From assembly GCF_006345805.1 (NCBI RefSeq), contig NC_043001.1, positions 112,654,001 through 112,718,000 on the forward strand: a stretch of DNA of 64,000 nucleotides. Direction: 5' to 3'. Position numbers and translations under genes: made by a program. The notes under the pieces were generated by a model. That model was not told the DNA's origin. It ran no database searches and saw only the letters and a program-made list of their open reading frames with translations. Source of the stretch: Octopus sinensis (taxonomy: Eukaryota). Below, in pieces: positions 12,434-26,049 of the stretch (position 1 is the stretch's first letter; the number at the start of each line of letters is the position of its first letter).

Positions 12434-12815
12434 GGAGGCGCAATGGCCCAGTGGTTAGGGCAGCGGACTCGCGGTCATAGGATCGCGGTTTCGATTCCCA
12501 GACCGGGCGTTGTGAGTGTTTATTGAGCGAAAACACCTAAAAGCTCCACGAGGCTCCGGCAGGGGTGGTGGTGATCCCTGCTGTACTCTTTCACCACAAC
12601 TTTCTCTCACTCTTACTTCCTGTTTCTGTTGTACCTGTATTTCAAGGGGCCGGCCTTGTCACTCTCTGTGTCACGCTGAATATCCCCGAGAACTACGTTA
12701 AGGGTACACGTGTCTGTGGAGTGCTCAGCCACTTACACGTTAATTTCACGAGCAGGCTGTTCCGTTGATTCGGATCAACCGGAACCCTCATCGTCGTAAC
12801 CGACGGAGTGCTTCC
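12434..12815 (+). mobile_element. SINE family C, full length, likely 10-bp TSD
   Basis: ggaggcgcaatggcccagtgg head; tgtatgtctg at 12423-12432 and 12822-12831. Confidence 0.92.
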
Positions 12816-13692
12816 ATCCCTTGTATGTCTGTATGTATGTATGTGTGAATATATATATATATATATGTAACTATTTTTCTTTAATTGTTAATTATTATGT
12901 ACATCAATACACGTGTATATATTATTCATAAATATGAACACTTGTGTATGGCGGAGTGTGTGTGTTTATGTATGTGTGTGCGTGTGCGTATGAGCGTGTG
13001 AGCACCGATTAGAAATATTGCCTATATATGTGTGTGTGTACACACGCACATACACACGCGTACATTCATTCAAATGAAAACATTAAACAATACGGAAACT
13101 TGTATAAATGTTTACACGCGCTCCATCCAGTTGTGTGCCAAAGCTTTGATCAATAAAAGGGGCATTCCTTGGCACCTACTGTAAAATAGCAGGTTTAAAG
13201 GATAACATACATTTATTCTCCCCCTCACACACACACAGACACACAGACACTTTCAAGCAACACACACTCGTACAAGCACCACACGTGTGTATGCACACAG
13301 ACACACTCCGGTCCCGTACATTTAGCTATTACACAGTATTTGTATGTACAATCACTGGCATACTAGATATGTACTACAGCCATGTACAGACATGCATACG
13401 TTATAGGCACGCCAAAGCTTAGATAGCAAACACGCATATTATAAACTACATACACATACATACATGCACAAATAGAGGCACATACACACATGGACACACA
13501 CACGCACACAGATATAGGCACAAACGCACTGTACCTGCAGTCATACAGTGCAGAACGTACACTCAGAATACAGACATACATACACACATACATATATACA
13601 TATGGTGGTGGTGGTGGTGAAAGATGAAGATGGGTGATGTTGATTCAACGAAGTAGTGATAAGCAAAGCAGGATGAGAAATTTATAAAGGCG

Positions 13693-15636
13693 ATGGTGGT
13701 TATGTGGTGGTGGTGGTGGTGGTGGTGGAAAGTTGTGATGGTAGTTTGTCTGGTGGTGGTGTCCATAGCAACGACAACCATAGTGGTGGTGGTAGTGGTT
13801 GTAGTGGTAGTGGTGGCAGTGGTGGTGGTGGTGATGGTGGTGGTGGTGACGGTGGTAGTGGTGGTGGTGGTGATGGTGGTAGTGGTGGTGGTGGTGATGG
13901 TGGTGGTGGTGGTGGTGGTAGTGGTGATGTTAATGATGATGGTGATGTTTGTTGTAGTTTTGGTGCTAGTTGTAGTGATGGTGGTGATGATGATGATGAT
14001 GATGATGATGACGTTTTTGATGGTGGTGAAGATGACCGTCCTAGTGAAGATGGTGGAGGTGGTGATGGTGGTGGTAACGATAATGATGATCATGATGATG
14101 ATGCTGATGATGATGATGGCGGCGATGACGATGATGATGCGGAGGAGAAGGAGGAGGGAGGATGGTGGTAGTAATGTTGATGAAGGCAGAGGTTGTGATT
14201 ACGACGATGATGCTGCTAACGACAGTGGTGGTGGTGGTCATGAAGACAATCTCGACGAGGTCGACGATGATGATGATGATGATGATGGTAATGATGAAGA
14301 TCTGTCGTTGTCACAACATCGGTCACAGTAACAGCAGCAGCAGCAGCAGCAGTCGCCAGTATACACACTGTGTCACGATGGATGTGTTGGTAGTAGTTTC
14401 GGAGTGGGGGGGAGGGCAGGGTGAGAAAGGGGAGGTTGCAAGAGACCGGGGACAACCCCCCCACCGCCGCACCCCTCCCGCACTTCCCCGCCCAATCACC
14501 GCCTGCCACCCAGATCCCATCCCATCCCACTCCCACTGCCTTTATTGTTACTGCTGTCAGTTGACTGCTGTCTTTTTTTTTTCAACAGCCCCCGCCACCA
14601 CTCACCACCACCACCACCACCACCACCATCACCACCACCACCACCACCACTACCACCACCACCACCACACCACCACCACCACAACATCATGCATCCACAC
14701 CCAAACCAAAAATCCACCGCACCGCCAAATCCATATCGCGCTTCAATTCTTACCGAAAGTATAGCCCGCCACCACCACCACCACCACATCGCCTCCGCTA
14801 CCTCCTCAGCCACAACCATCATTGACACTATAAACATCACCCACATCACCTCGCCCCCCACCACATTCCCCCTCCCTCTCAGCAGTTTCTCACACCACGG
14901 CTGCTTTCCAGCCGGTTTGGTTCACCTCCACCAACACCCAACGTTATGACCATTTCAACTAGCACCGTTACCATTTTTGCCACCAACACCATAACCACCA
15001 CCACTACCATCACCAACACCATCATCGCAACCACCACAATCACCACCACCACCACTACTACCACCATCACCACCACCACCACCACCACCATCATCATACC
15101 ACCCATCACCACCATCACCAACACCATTACCACCAACACCACCATTACCACCACTTCCACCACCATCACTACTACCACCACTACCATCACTACTATCACC
15201 TCCACTATCACTTCCACCACAACCTTAACTACCACCATCATCACCATCACCATCTCCACCATTACCATCACCATCATCACCACCATCACCACCACCACCA
15301 TCATCACCACCACCATCACCACCGCCATCATCATCATCATATTAAACAAACACCACCAGCACCGCCACCAACAACAATAACATTACCAACCCACACCACG
15401 CCACCATTACCTTCGTTACCATTACCATCGTAATTGACACCACTAACACCACCATCACGACCACTACCATCACCATCACCACTATCAGCATCACCAGTAC
15501 CACTACCGATACCACTGTCATTGCTACAACCGCTACTACTATTGTCACCACCACCATAGGCCACCACCACCACCACCACCATTGGCCACCACCACCACCA
15601 CCACCATTGGCCACCACCACCACCACCACCATTGCC
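13693..15636. repeat. (GGT/GAT)n array (13693-14300) and inverted (ACC/ATC)n array (14596-15636)
   Basis: Direct reading; strand composition flips near 14450. Confidence 0.92.
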
Positions 15637-16254
15637 ACCTTCTCTTGTCCTCACTATAAACATATCACACTGTAAGTGACGTGTTTCACACCTCCCCCCT
15701 CTTTTTTTTTACTATCTCCAAACCCACCTCTTACACGTCTCTTGTATTTCTATTTCCTTCGCGTTTTCGTTACACGCCTTTAAAAACAATGTCACACGCA
15801 AACATAGACACATATATACACATACGTACACATATATCATATGCATACATGCACACACACACACACACACACACACATACGCAGATGTACTTACGTACAC
15901 ACGAACATGCATACATGCAGGCATATTCATACATACGCACATGCAGTCACACACATATATACATACACATATGCATACATGCATACTTACACGCGCATAC
16001 ACATGCACACATCACATATATATATGTATATATATGCATCTATATTTATATATGTATATGTATATATATATACATACATACATCTATATATGTATCTGTA
16101 TATATATATATCTATATATATATTATACATTATATATATGTATCTATGTATATATATACATATATGTATTTATATATATATGTACATATACTCGCATATA
16201 CGTATATACATTCATACATAAATACGTAAGCATACATACATACGTACTTATGTA

Positions 16255-16303
<49 letters not shown>

Positions 16304-16939
16304 ATGTATGTATGCATGTATGTATATGTATATACATATATAAACATTTATGCACACTTGTATACACACATGTAAACATACGTACTCACATGTATATGTA
16401 TGTGCGTGCGCGTACGTATGTATATATATCTTACATGTACAAACATGTGAACATTTTCGTACATTGTTACTCATGCACACAAGTTATATAGATTATCGTG
16501 CATCAGTCCATGTGTAAATATGTGAGCGTGTGGATATGTGAAAGTGTGTGTGTGTGTGTATAAATGTGTGTTTGTACAAATGTATTTATATATACATATG
16601 TGTGTCGTCAAAATCAAAGTAAGGTGACATGAAATACGATTAGCGGAAGAGGACAATTAAACCTGGGATACTTCTCGTCAGGCATGGGATGCAGAATTAG
16701 CAGTTGCATCACGCTTGAGTTTCAAGACTTAATTCAATGGAACTACTCTTTGCTTGTACCTGTGGTTGTAAACATCAGTGAGGTAGCTGGCATCAAAAAG
16801 GATAAAAGTAGTAGAATATGGAGGATAAAATGATGAGTAAAAATAAAGAGTAATAGAAAATGAGTAGACTTAGCACGGGGGGAAGACAGAGGGGGACAGA
16901 AAGAAAAAGGTGTGGTAAAGAAGTTTGCTAGGCGCAAGC

Positions 16940-17340
16940 GTGGCTATGTGAAAAGAATTTTGCTTGACAGCCACATGATTCCGGATTCGGTCCCACTGTG
17001 TGGCACCTTAGGTGTCTTCAACTATCGCCTCGGGTCGACCAAAGACTTCTAAGTAGACTCGGTAGCCAGAAACGGAAAGGAACATGTCGTATATACAGTG
17101 AGTTTCAACAAAATATGATCATTTGCATAAAAAGAAAGCACAATATCCCATCACAAAAAATGTGTGTGTATGTGTGTCTTTGTGTTTATTTTTGTCCCCT
17201 ACCATCCCTTGACAACCAGTGTTCGTTTGTTTACGTCCTCGAGGTCTAGCGGTTCTAGTAACAGGCTTAAAAATTAGTATAATGGGGTCGATTCTTTCGA
17301 CTGATAAAACCCTGAGAGTGGAACAAGTGAAAGATAAAAA
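16940..17340 (+). mobile_element. SINE family B, degenerate
   Basis: tggctatgtg...ccacatgattccggattcggtcccactgtgtggcacc...gacaaccagtg...ggggtcgatt. Confidence 0.75.
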
Positions 17341-17368
17341 ATAAAAGATTACATATACATTCACACAC

Positions 17369-17402
<34 letters not shown>

Positions 17403-17444
17403 TTTCATTCATTCTTTGTTGCAAGCAAGAAGACCAGGTCGTCA

Positions 17445-17712
17445 CTTCGATTCCCGATTACACGTTGTGTCCTTAAGCAAGATATTTTATTTCATCTAAC
17501 TCCAGCCCAGTCAGCTGGCAAAAATGAGCCGTACCAGTAATTCAAAGGGCTAACCATCTCACATTCTATATCACACAGTATTTCCCAGAGAACTGCGTTA
17601 AGGATATGCGTGTCTGTGGGGTGCTCAGCCACGTTCACGTTAATTCCACGAGCAGGCTGTTCCGTTGATCGCATCAAGTGGAACGCTCATTTGTGTAACC
17701 GACGTCGTGCCA
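17445..17712 (+). mobile_element. SINE family C, partial
   Basis: gttgtgtccttaagcaagatattttatttc...cacgagcaggctgttccgttgatc. Confidence 0.8.
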
Positions 17713-17782
17713 GAAGATATATATGTGTAAGTGTGTGTGTGTGTGGGGTGGGGTGGGGGGTGTTCTTAATGTCGCTACATAA

Positions 17783-18013
17783 GGCGGCGATCTGGCAAAA
17801 TCGTTAGCACACCGGGCGAAATGCGTAGCCGTATTTTGTCTGCCGTTACATTCTGAGTTCAAATTCCGCCGAGGTCGACTTTGCCTTTTATCCTTTCTGG
17901 GTCGATAAATAAAGTACCAGCTACGCACTGGGGTCGATGTAATCGACTTAATCCCTTTGTCTGTCTTTGTTTGTCCCCTCTATGTTTAGCTCCTTGTGGG
18001 TAGTAAAGAAATA
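17783..18013 (+). mobile_element. SINE family A, full length, tail type 1
   Basis: Near-identical to 8529-8760 and 36520-36748. Confidence 0.9.
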
Positions 18014-18228
18014 TACATGTTGGTTACATGTTTCCAGCAAACACTTTTACTGGCTTCATTTCATGTTTTGAAACAAGAGTAACAAGGCTGTGCATATAAA
18101 TTCATGCAGAATAAATGTATCAAGTAATTTTGATCGAAATGAACTGATTTTTTTTCGGTTCTCTCGCAAGTTTCAAAATATTTTACTCATAAACATCGGT
18201 GAAAAATAGAAACACACATACAGGTACA

Positions 18229-19416
18229 CACACACACATACATACATGCATGCATGCATACATACATACATACATACATACATACATACATACATACATA
18301 CATTCATACATACATACATGCATACATGCATACATACATTCATTCAACATACATACTACATACATACATACATACATACATACATAATACATACATACAC
18401 ATACATACGTAAACATACATACATACATTCATACAACATACATACGTACGTACATACATATACATGCATACATACGTACATACATCATCCTAATACATAC
18501 ATGCATTCATACATACATACATACAACATACATACATACATAATACATACATACTACATACATACATACATACATACATCCATTCATATATACATACATA
18601 CACACATACTACATAATAATACATACATACATGCATACATACAAACATAAATACATACATACATTCATAAATACATACATGCATACATACATACATACAT
18701 ACGTAATACATACATACATACATTCATACATACATACATACGTACGTACATACATACATACATTCATACATACGTACATTCATACATACATACATACATA
18801 CATACATACATACACACATACATACATACATATACATAATACATACATACATACATACATACATACATACATACATACATACATTCATATATACATACAT
18901 ACACACATACATACATAATACATACATACATACATGCATACATACAAACATAAATACATACATACATTCATACAGACATACATGCATACATACAAACATA
19001 AATACATACATACATCAATAAATACATACATAATACATACATACATACATACCATATACATACATACATACAACATACATACATACAAACATACAGACAA
19101 CTACATACATACATACATACATAACATATACAACATACATACATATATAATACATACATACATACATACTACATACATACATTCATACATACATACATAC
19201 ATACATCACATACATACATATATACATACATCCATACAACATACATCATACATACATACAGACATACATACATTACATACATACATACATACAACATACA
19301 ACATACCATACATACATACATACATTATAGAACATACATACATACATACATACATAATACATATATACATACATACATACATACATACATGCATACAAAC
19401 ATACATACATACATAC
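18229..19416 (+). repeat. ~1.2-kb imperfect (TACA)n array
   Basis: Direct reading. Confidence 0.95.
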
Positions 19417-20061
19417 ACAGTGAGAAAGAAAAAAAGAAAGAAAGAAAGCAAGAGGCTTAGCAGCCGGCTGTACCCTAAGAAGACAAATAAATGGCAAGCA
19501 TATACGTGTATGTATGTATGTCTGTGTATCAAGACCCGGTGCATTCCTGAAGAACAGCTTAAAACCACCAAACATTGATATATAACGACGTTTAATAAGG
19601 TTCACATATTCAAAACTTTATCTCAGCTATTTGACTTACAATTTATTCATGTAACGTATAGACGCACACACACACACAGACACACACACACAACACACAT
19701 ATATATATATATATATATATACATATATATATGAGGGTGTGCTTCGTGGCTGTGGTCTATTACCTGTCAACGTGTTGTTTGCCCAATACATCGTTGCAAG
19801 AAGCCGTCGATGCGTCTCCAATCAAACAGCATGGGTCATTTGTGTTCAATAATAAATTATCGATCTCTGTGATAGCCGCCGCACACAGATGAGGAGGGGA
19901 GGAGGAGGAGGAGGAGAAGGGTTGATGTTATGTATATAAAAACCTGCAGGTTAATAAATTCTGGTGAGTGAGTCTGTATTTATTGCATCAATTGTCTGTA
20001 CCGCAATTGGCCTCATAAATAGCCTCTCATTTCCCTTCATTCTGGAGCTCATTTCCCACAA

Positions 20062-20098
<37 letters not shown>

Positions 20099-20110
20099 AT
20101 ATATGTATAT

Positions 20111-20157
<47 letters not shown>

Positions 20158-20181
20158 TCTATATTTAAGCACAAATATCTA

Positions 20182-20296
20182 ATATCTATCTATCTAGCTG
20201 TGTGTCTATCTGTTGTTCAACATATCCATCCATCTATCTATCTATATATCTATCTATCTATCTATCCATTAATCTATCTATTTATCTACTATCTAT

Positions 20297-20335
<39 letters not shown>

Positions 20336-20425
20336 CTATCTATCTATCGCTATATATCTATCTGTCATCTATCTATCTATCTGATCTATCTATCTATCTA
20401 TCTACCTATCTACCACCAATCCTAC

Positions 20426-20465
<40 letters not shown>

Positions 20466-20478
20466 TATCTATCCATCC

Positions 20479-20529
<51 letters not shown>

Positions 20530-20558
20530 CATCTATCTATCTATCTATCTATCTATCT
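20182..20558 (+). repeat. (TATC)n array upstream of the Tx1 insertions
   Basis: Direct reading. Confidence 0.95.
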
Positions 20559-20906
20559 AAAAAAAAAAAAGAAATATAAAATGTGACTTCATTGACCGAG
20601 GTTACCGTGGTCTTTTCCGTAGGCTTTTCTTTCCACGGGTAAACCTCACCTGTCCCCCCTTTACACTTCATATTGACATTTCTGTGATAACGATCCCTAT
20701 TGATCAATTTTTTTCCTCTCCCCCTTTTTTTTTTTTTTTTTTTATCCCCCCCTTTTTTTGTCCTCTTTCTCTCCTTTTACGATCCCTTTTGATCGAAACT
20801 CCCCCTTCCCTTTTTTTTTTTTTTTTTTTTAAAACCTTCAAAAGAAAAGCTCTACCTTGTAATTTGTTCTATCTGTGTGCAGCCCTGTGTGGCTAATAAA
20901 GAAACA
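20559..20906 (+). mobile_element. Tx1/L1-clade LINE, 5'-truncated 3' UTR-only copy
   Basis: Near-identical to 21638-22001; ends ggctAATAAAgaaaca followed by tatctatct. Confidence 0.85.
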
Positions 20907-20915
20907 TATCTATCT

Positions 20916-22001
20916 AACTAACTCTGCCGTCCTGGGTCGACCTTAAGTGACTTCAACACAACCAAAGCATTCTATAGGGGTTTAGTGGAGGGGAGGTACG
21001 ACGACGAGCTCGGGGCGAACCTGGACGTCGACGAGGAGTACCTGACCCGCCTGTTCGGGACGACTTTCGGGCCAGGGCCCATGGACAACTTCCAGAGATC
21101 CCTGGCCTGGCAGTGCTACCGAGAAGCGCTACCCGTTCGGGATAAGCTCTACAGACACGGCTCGAGAAACACGGGGCCGACCTGCCCGAGATGCGGTCAG
21201 AGCGACGAAACCGTTCTGCACGCACTCGTTCAGTGTCCAACAATTCCGACCTGTGGGCTTATGTCGAACAACTGCTGTCACGTGTGGGACGAGTCGGTTT
21301 ATCAGCTGAGTCTATCGTCAATATTGTCACGCCTCCTTCCTTCAAACGGGAAGGAAGAGCTATTTTCATCATCCTTGTGGCTATGGCGAAAGAATGTATC
21401 TGGTGGACGCGTCTGAAAGGATTGGAGACAAACACTTTCCTCTCTGGTCAATCTCTCATCAACTTCTTCAAGTACCACTTGAAAAGGAAAGTGAGAGTAG
21501 AGAGGCAAGTTTTGTCTAGCGAATGTTTTAAAAAAAAGATGGGTGAATGTAGCAAGAATGGCACGTATGAATGACGAAGCCACCTTGAGCATAGTCCTAT
21601 GAACCCGAAATCGAAAACAGAGAGTTGCTTATTTGCAAAAAAAAAAAAAAAAAAAAAAAAGAAATATAAAATGTGACTTCATTGACCGAGGTTACCGTGG
21701 TCTTTCCGCAGGCTTTTCTTTCCACGGGTAAACCTCACCTGTCCTCCCCTTTACACTTCATATTGACATTTCTGTGATAACGATCCCTATTGATCATTTT
21801 TTTTCCTCTCCCCCCCTTTTTTTTTTTTTTTTTTTTAACCCTCCTTATTTTTGTCCTCTTTCTCTCCTTTTACGATCCCTTTTGATCGAACCTCCCCCTT
21901 CCTATTTTTTTTTTTTTTTTTTTTTAATACCTTCAAAAGAAAAGCTCTACCTTGTAATTTGTTCTATCTGTGTGCAGCCCTGTGTGGCTAATAAAGAAAC
22001 A
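20916..22001 (+). mobile_element. Tx1/L1-clade LINE, 5'-truncated (ORF2 C-terminus plus 3' UTR)
   Basis: zf-RVT-type CCHC motif, then a ~400-bp T-rich UTR ending AATAAAgaaaca|tatctatct. Confidence 0.88.
20922..21602 (+). pseudogene. ORF2 C-terminal fragment (zinc-binding RT-associated domain) of a Tx1-type retrotransposon, two frameshifts
   Basis: TTKAFYRGL...FQRSLAWQCYREALPVRDKL...CPRCGQSDETVLHALVQCP; shift at ~21245 into SDLWAYVE...MAKECIWWTR; shift in the A-run at ~21530 into KRWVNVARM...SIVL* (stop 21600-21602). Confidence 0.85.
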
Positions 22002-22026
22002 TATCTATCTATCTATCCATCCATCC

Positions 22027-22082
<56 letters not shown>

Positions 22083-22394
22083 GACTTTCCTCTGTATGTG
22101 TCTGTCTGTCTGTCTGTCTGATCTACATATCTACCAAACTTGGTAGAGTCACTAGAGCATCAAATATGAATGCCCGGTGTTATTGGTTCTGGGTTTCTGT
22201 GCTTTGAGTTCAAATCCTACCGAGGTCAAATTTATCATTCATTCCTTCCGAATCGATTATTAAATTACCCTTAGGTGAAATCACATCTCTCTCTCTCCCT
22301 CCCCCAACTCTCCCTTCTCTTTCTCTCTCTCTCTCCTATCTCATTCTCACCCACACATACACCCTCACTGTCTTGTCACAATGTCACCATTGAC

Positions 22395-23125
22395 ACTTAG
22401 TGTGGTAAGAGGTTTGCTCCAGAACCACATGATTCCCGGTTCAATCTTACTGCGTTGCACCTTGGTCAATTGTCTTCTACTTATATCTCCGGTGGCCAAC
22501 CAAAGCTTTGTGAGTAGATTTGGTAGGCGGAAACTGTAAAGAAGCACGTTGCATATATATATATGTATATATATATATATCACCGTGATCACCGTGACCG
22601 ACCAGACTATCAGATGTTGCTACACATCGCTGGTCACAATGCGCTTCGCATTGTTTTAGCCTTCAAATAACGCCACCCCGCTGGCTAAGCGAGCAGGCCA
22701 ACAGAAGAAAGAGTGGTGAAAGAGTACAGCAGGGATCACCACCCCCTGCCGGGGCCTCGTGGAGCTTTAGGTGTTTTCGCTCAATAAACACTCACAACGC
22801 CCGGTCTGGGAATCGAAACCGCGAGTCCGCTACCCTAACCACTGGGTCATTGCGCCTCCACACACACACATATATATATGTATATGATATTGCAGCGTGC
22901 GCGCACAGGCACGTGTGTTTCTGTGTTGTCCCCACCTCACTAATTGACAACCGGAGTCGGTTTGTTTGCATCGTAGTAACTTAACGGTTCAGCAAAACTA
23001 TCGAAAGTATACCAGGTTTATAAACAACAAAAAACAAAGTACTGGAGTCGATTTCTTCGATTAAACCCTTCAAAGCAATGTACCAGTATGACCGCAGTTC
23101 AATGACTGACACAAGTGAAAGATAA
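22395..23125 (+). mobile_element. SINE family B with a SINE C copy nested in its internal (TA)n
   Basis: 5' half at 22395-22560, 3' half at 22905-23125. Confidence 0.75.
22580..22860 (-). mobile_element. SINE family C head/middle with an alternative 3' tail ending (cacggtgat)x2
   Basis: Head ggaggcgcaatgacccagtgg matches 12434; the tail differs after ctctttcaccac. Confidence 0.85.
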
Positions 23126-23322
23126 CGATTTTTTAAAATGATACAAACTACTATTGGTATACTCAGCCATTCATTCGTTGATTTCACGAATTTCGGGAGT
23201 AGAAATTTAGAAATTTAGTTGATCGACCAACTAACTGTAAGACCATTACCAAAACCGACGGAGATCCTGCACTGTATATGTTTGTTTATCTATCTATATC
23301 TTTACATCTCTCAATCTTAAAA

Positions 23323-23400
<78 letters not shown>

Positions 23401-23553
23401 AAAGAGAATGAGAGATTGTTCAATTAAATGGAGTTGCGTGAAACGATCGTACTGCATTACCTTATCTTGAAATTGTATGGATAATACCGTACTAAATTCT
23501 GGTACCATATTATCTGAATCAAAATTTTGCCGAACTCATCTACCATACCCAAA

Positions 23554-23623
<70 letters not shown>

Positions 23624-24179
23624 CCATATATATACACACACATATAACCAAAATCTCTTTCTATCTATCCATCTTTCTCTTAGCCTCTATGTATGTGTGT
23701 GTATGTGTGTGTGTATGTGTGTTCACAACATTTTCCCTTCGTTTAAATTGGATTTTCTATTTCAGTTGTTATAACATATCCCCAGACACCTCTCTTCCTT
23801 TTCGTTTTTTTTCCCCTGATGCTATCTTCTCGCAAACACTCTCTCTCCACTTCTCACTCTCTCTCTACAAACACACACACACAACCTCTCTCTCTCTCTC
23901 TCTGCCTCTCTCTCTCTCTCTCTCTTTCTCGCTTAGTTTTCCTTACTATTTCCTCCCTCTTTCCCTCTCCCAACCGCCATCGATATTTACTCGCCCTTCC
24001 ACGCTCCACCCTCAGTTCACATGTAACCAGCGACGGTAGACGACGAGTCAATGTTTGAATTAGGGGGCGTGTCTGATTACATGAATTACATGAATGGGTG
24101 AGGTGGAGAAGGTGGGGAGAAAAGACATGTGATGAATGTAGTGGGGGTAACGGGGAGGGGTCACTCGGGCGGTAGAGAT

Positions 24180-24434
24180 CGTGGTGGTAGATGGTTGTGG
24201 TGGATGGTTGTGGTTGTGCTGGTGGTATTTGTGTTGGAAATGGTAGTGGTGTGGCGGTGATGATAAAGATGATGGTGATGATGATGATGATGATGATGCT
24301 GATGATGATGGGGGAGTATTAGTGATAATGTCGGTGATGATGGTGGTGCTTTTGATGAAGATGTTGTTGATAATGATGATGATGATGATGATGACAGTGG
24401 TGGTAGTGATATTGATGATGATGGGTGGTGTTTG

Positions 24435-24489
<55 letters not shown>

Positions 24490-25137
24490 AATGGTGGTGC
24501 TTGTGATGATGATGGTGGTGGTCGTCGTCGTCGTCTTGGTGATGATGGTAATGATGAGGATGATGAGGATGAGGAGGAGGAGGAGGAGGATGATGATGAT
24601 GATGATGATGATAACGACAATGACGATGGTGGTGGTGGTGAAATTGTTTAGGAAGAGCTCCCAAGTCACATCACACCTGTCAAGTGTCCAAGTCTTTTGG
24701 ACAGAACTGAACTCAGCACAAGAGCCCAAACGAAACATTCTTTTTTTTCACGATATTCCCACTGCCTACCTCATCATGATCATGTCGTCCCGCTTTATCC
24801 AACCATCTCTCTTGAATAATTCCTCTCACTACCACCAACCATTACTATTACTTCAACACCATCACCACATCACTAACGTCAACCCCAATACCCCCATCGC
24901 CAATGCTACCATCAACACTACCAACGACAATATCACAATTATTAGCAGCCTCACCACCACCACCATCATCACCACCACCACTACCACCACCGGTACTACC
25001 ATTATCACTATCAGCGCCGCCACCATAACCACAACCATCATCATCACCATCACTATCATCACCACCACCATCACCACTACCATCACCACCACCATCGTCA
25101 CCACCACCATCATCATCACTAGCATCATCATCGCCAT
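24180..25137. repeat. (GGT/GAT)n array (24180-24640) and inverted (ACC/ATC)n array (24825-25137)
   Basis: Direct reading, with a ~180-bp unique spacer. Confidence 0.9.
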
Positions 25138-25647
25138 CTTGATTTCACTTGCTCCGGTTAATTCTTGACATTCTGTTGTCAAGGGTCCCACAAGGTTTTC
25201 TTCCATGATACTCAACATTCAAGTGCCAGTCCCAAAATCTTCGCTCTCCCCAATAGAGCAGTTTTATGAGCATGTTCTACCCTCATGTCAATCCGAATTA
25301 CTCTAACGAATTCTTTAAAACCTGGTCTTTAATGCTCCTAGAGTTCCTACAACTACTGGAATGACAGTTACTTTCTTCAACACCCACATCCGTACAATCT
25401 CATCTTTTAGTGGATCGAACTCCTCAATCTTTTCCAGTTCTTTGTCATCTATTCGTGTAGCTCCATGTATGGCAATATCTATGATTTTGGTTTGCCTCAT
25501 CATTTTGTCAACTACAACAGTTTCTAGTCTCCGAGCATTAATCACCGAATCACATCGGATTGTAAAATCCCACAAGATCTTGCACTTATAATTCTCAGTG
25601 GAGCCTTTTGATTTATACTCGTACCATTCAAGATCGTACTTGACCCA
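25138..25647 (-). mobile_element. R4/Dong-like non-LTR retrotransposon, 5'-truncated (RLE domain plus 3' UTR)
   Basis: WYEYKSKGSTENYKCKILWDFTIRCDSVINARRLETVVVDK...IIDIAIHGATRIDDKELEKIEEF...VIPVVVGTLG; frameshift at ~25316; EHAHKTALLGRAKILGLALEC* (stop 25212-25214). Matches the PD..D/E restriction-like endonuclease tail pattern. Confidence 0.88.
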
Positions 25648-25714
<67 letters not shown>

Positions 25715-25772
25715 CATTATTATCATCATTATTATTATTATTATCATTATTATTATTATTATTATTATTATT
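25648..25772 (+). repeat. (TTA)n array abutting the 5' junction of the R4-like element
   Basis: Direct reading. Confidence 0.95.
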
Positions 25773-25795
25773 CTATTGTTGTTATTGTTGTTAAG

Positions 25796-26045
25796 ACGGC
25801 GAGCTGGCGGAATCGTTGGCACGCCGAACAAAATGTTTAATCACCATTTCATCCGTCTTTTCTGTCTGAGTGCAAATTCCGCCGAGGTAGATTTGCTTTT
25901 CATCTTTTCGGAGTCAATAAAATAAGCACAATTTGAGTACTGGGGTCGCAAAAATAAGTACCAGTTGAGTACTGGTGCCGATATAATCGACTTACCCTTC
26001 CCCCGAAATTACTGGCCTTGTGCCAAAATTTAAAACTAATATTAT
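25796..26045 (+). mobile_element. SINE family A, tail type 2 variant
   Basis: ggcgagctggcggaatcgtt...ggccttgtgccaaaattt. Confidence 0.8.
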
Positions 26046-26049
26046 TATT

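Noticed and set aside
20559-22001. LTR retrotransposon (two ~360-bp direct repeats around an ORF)
   Set aside because: No TG...CA ends, PBS or PPT; the ORF is a LINE CCHC domain and the repeats are duplicated 3' UTRs.
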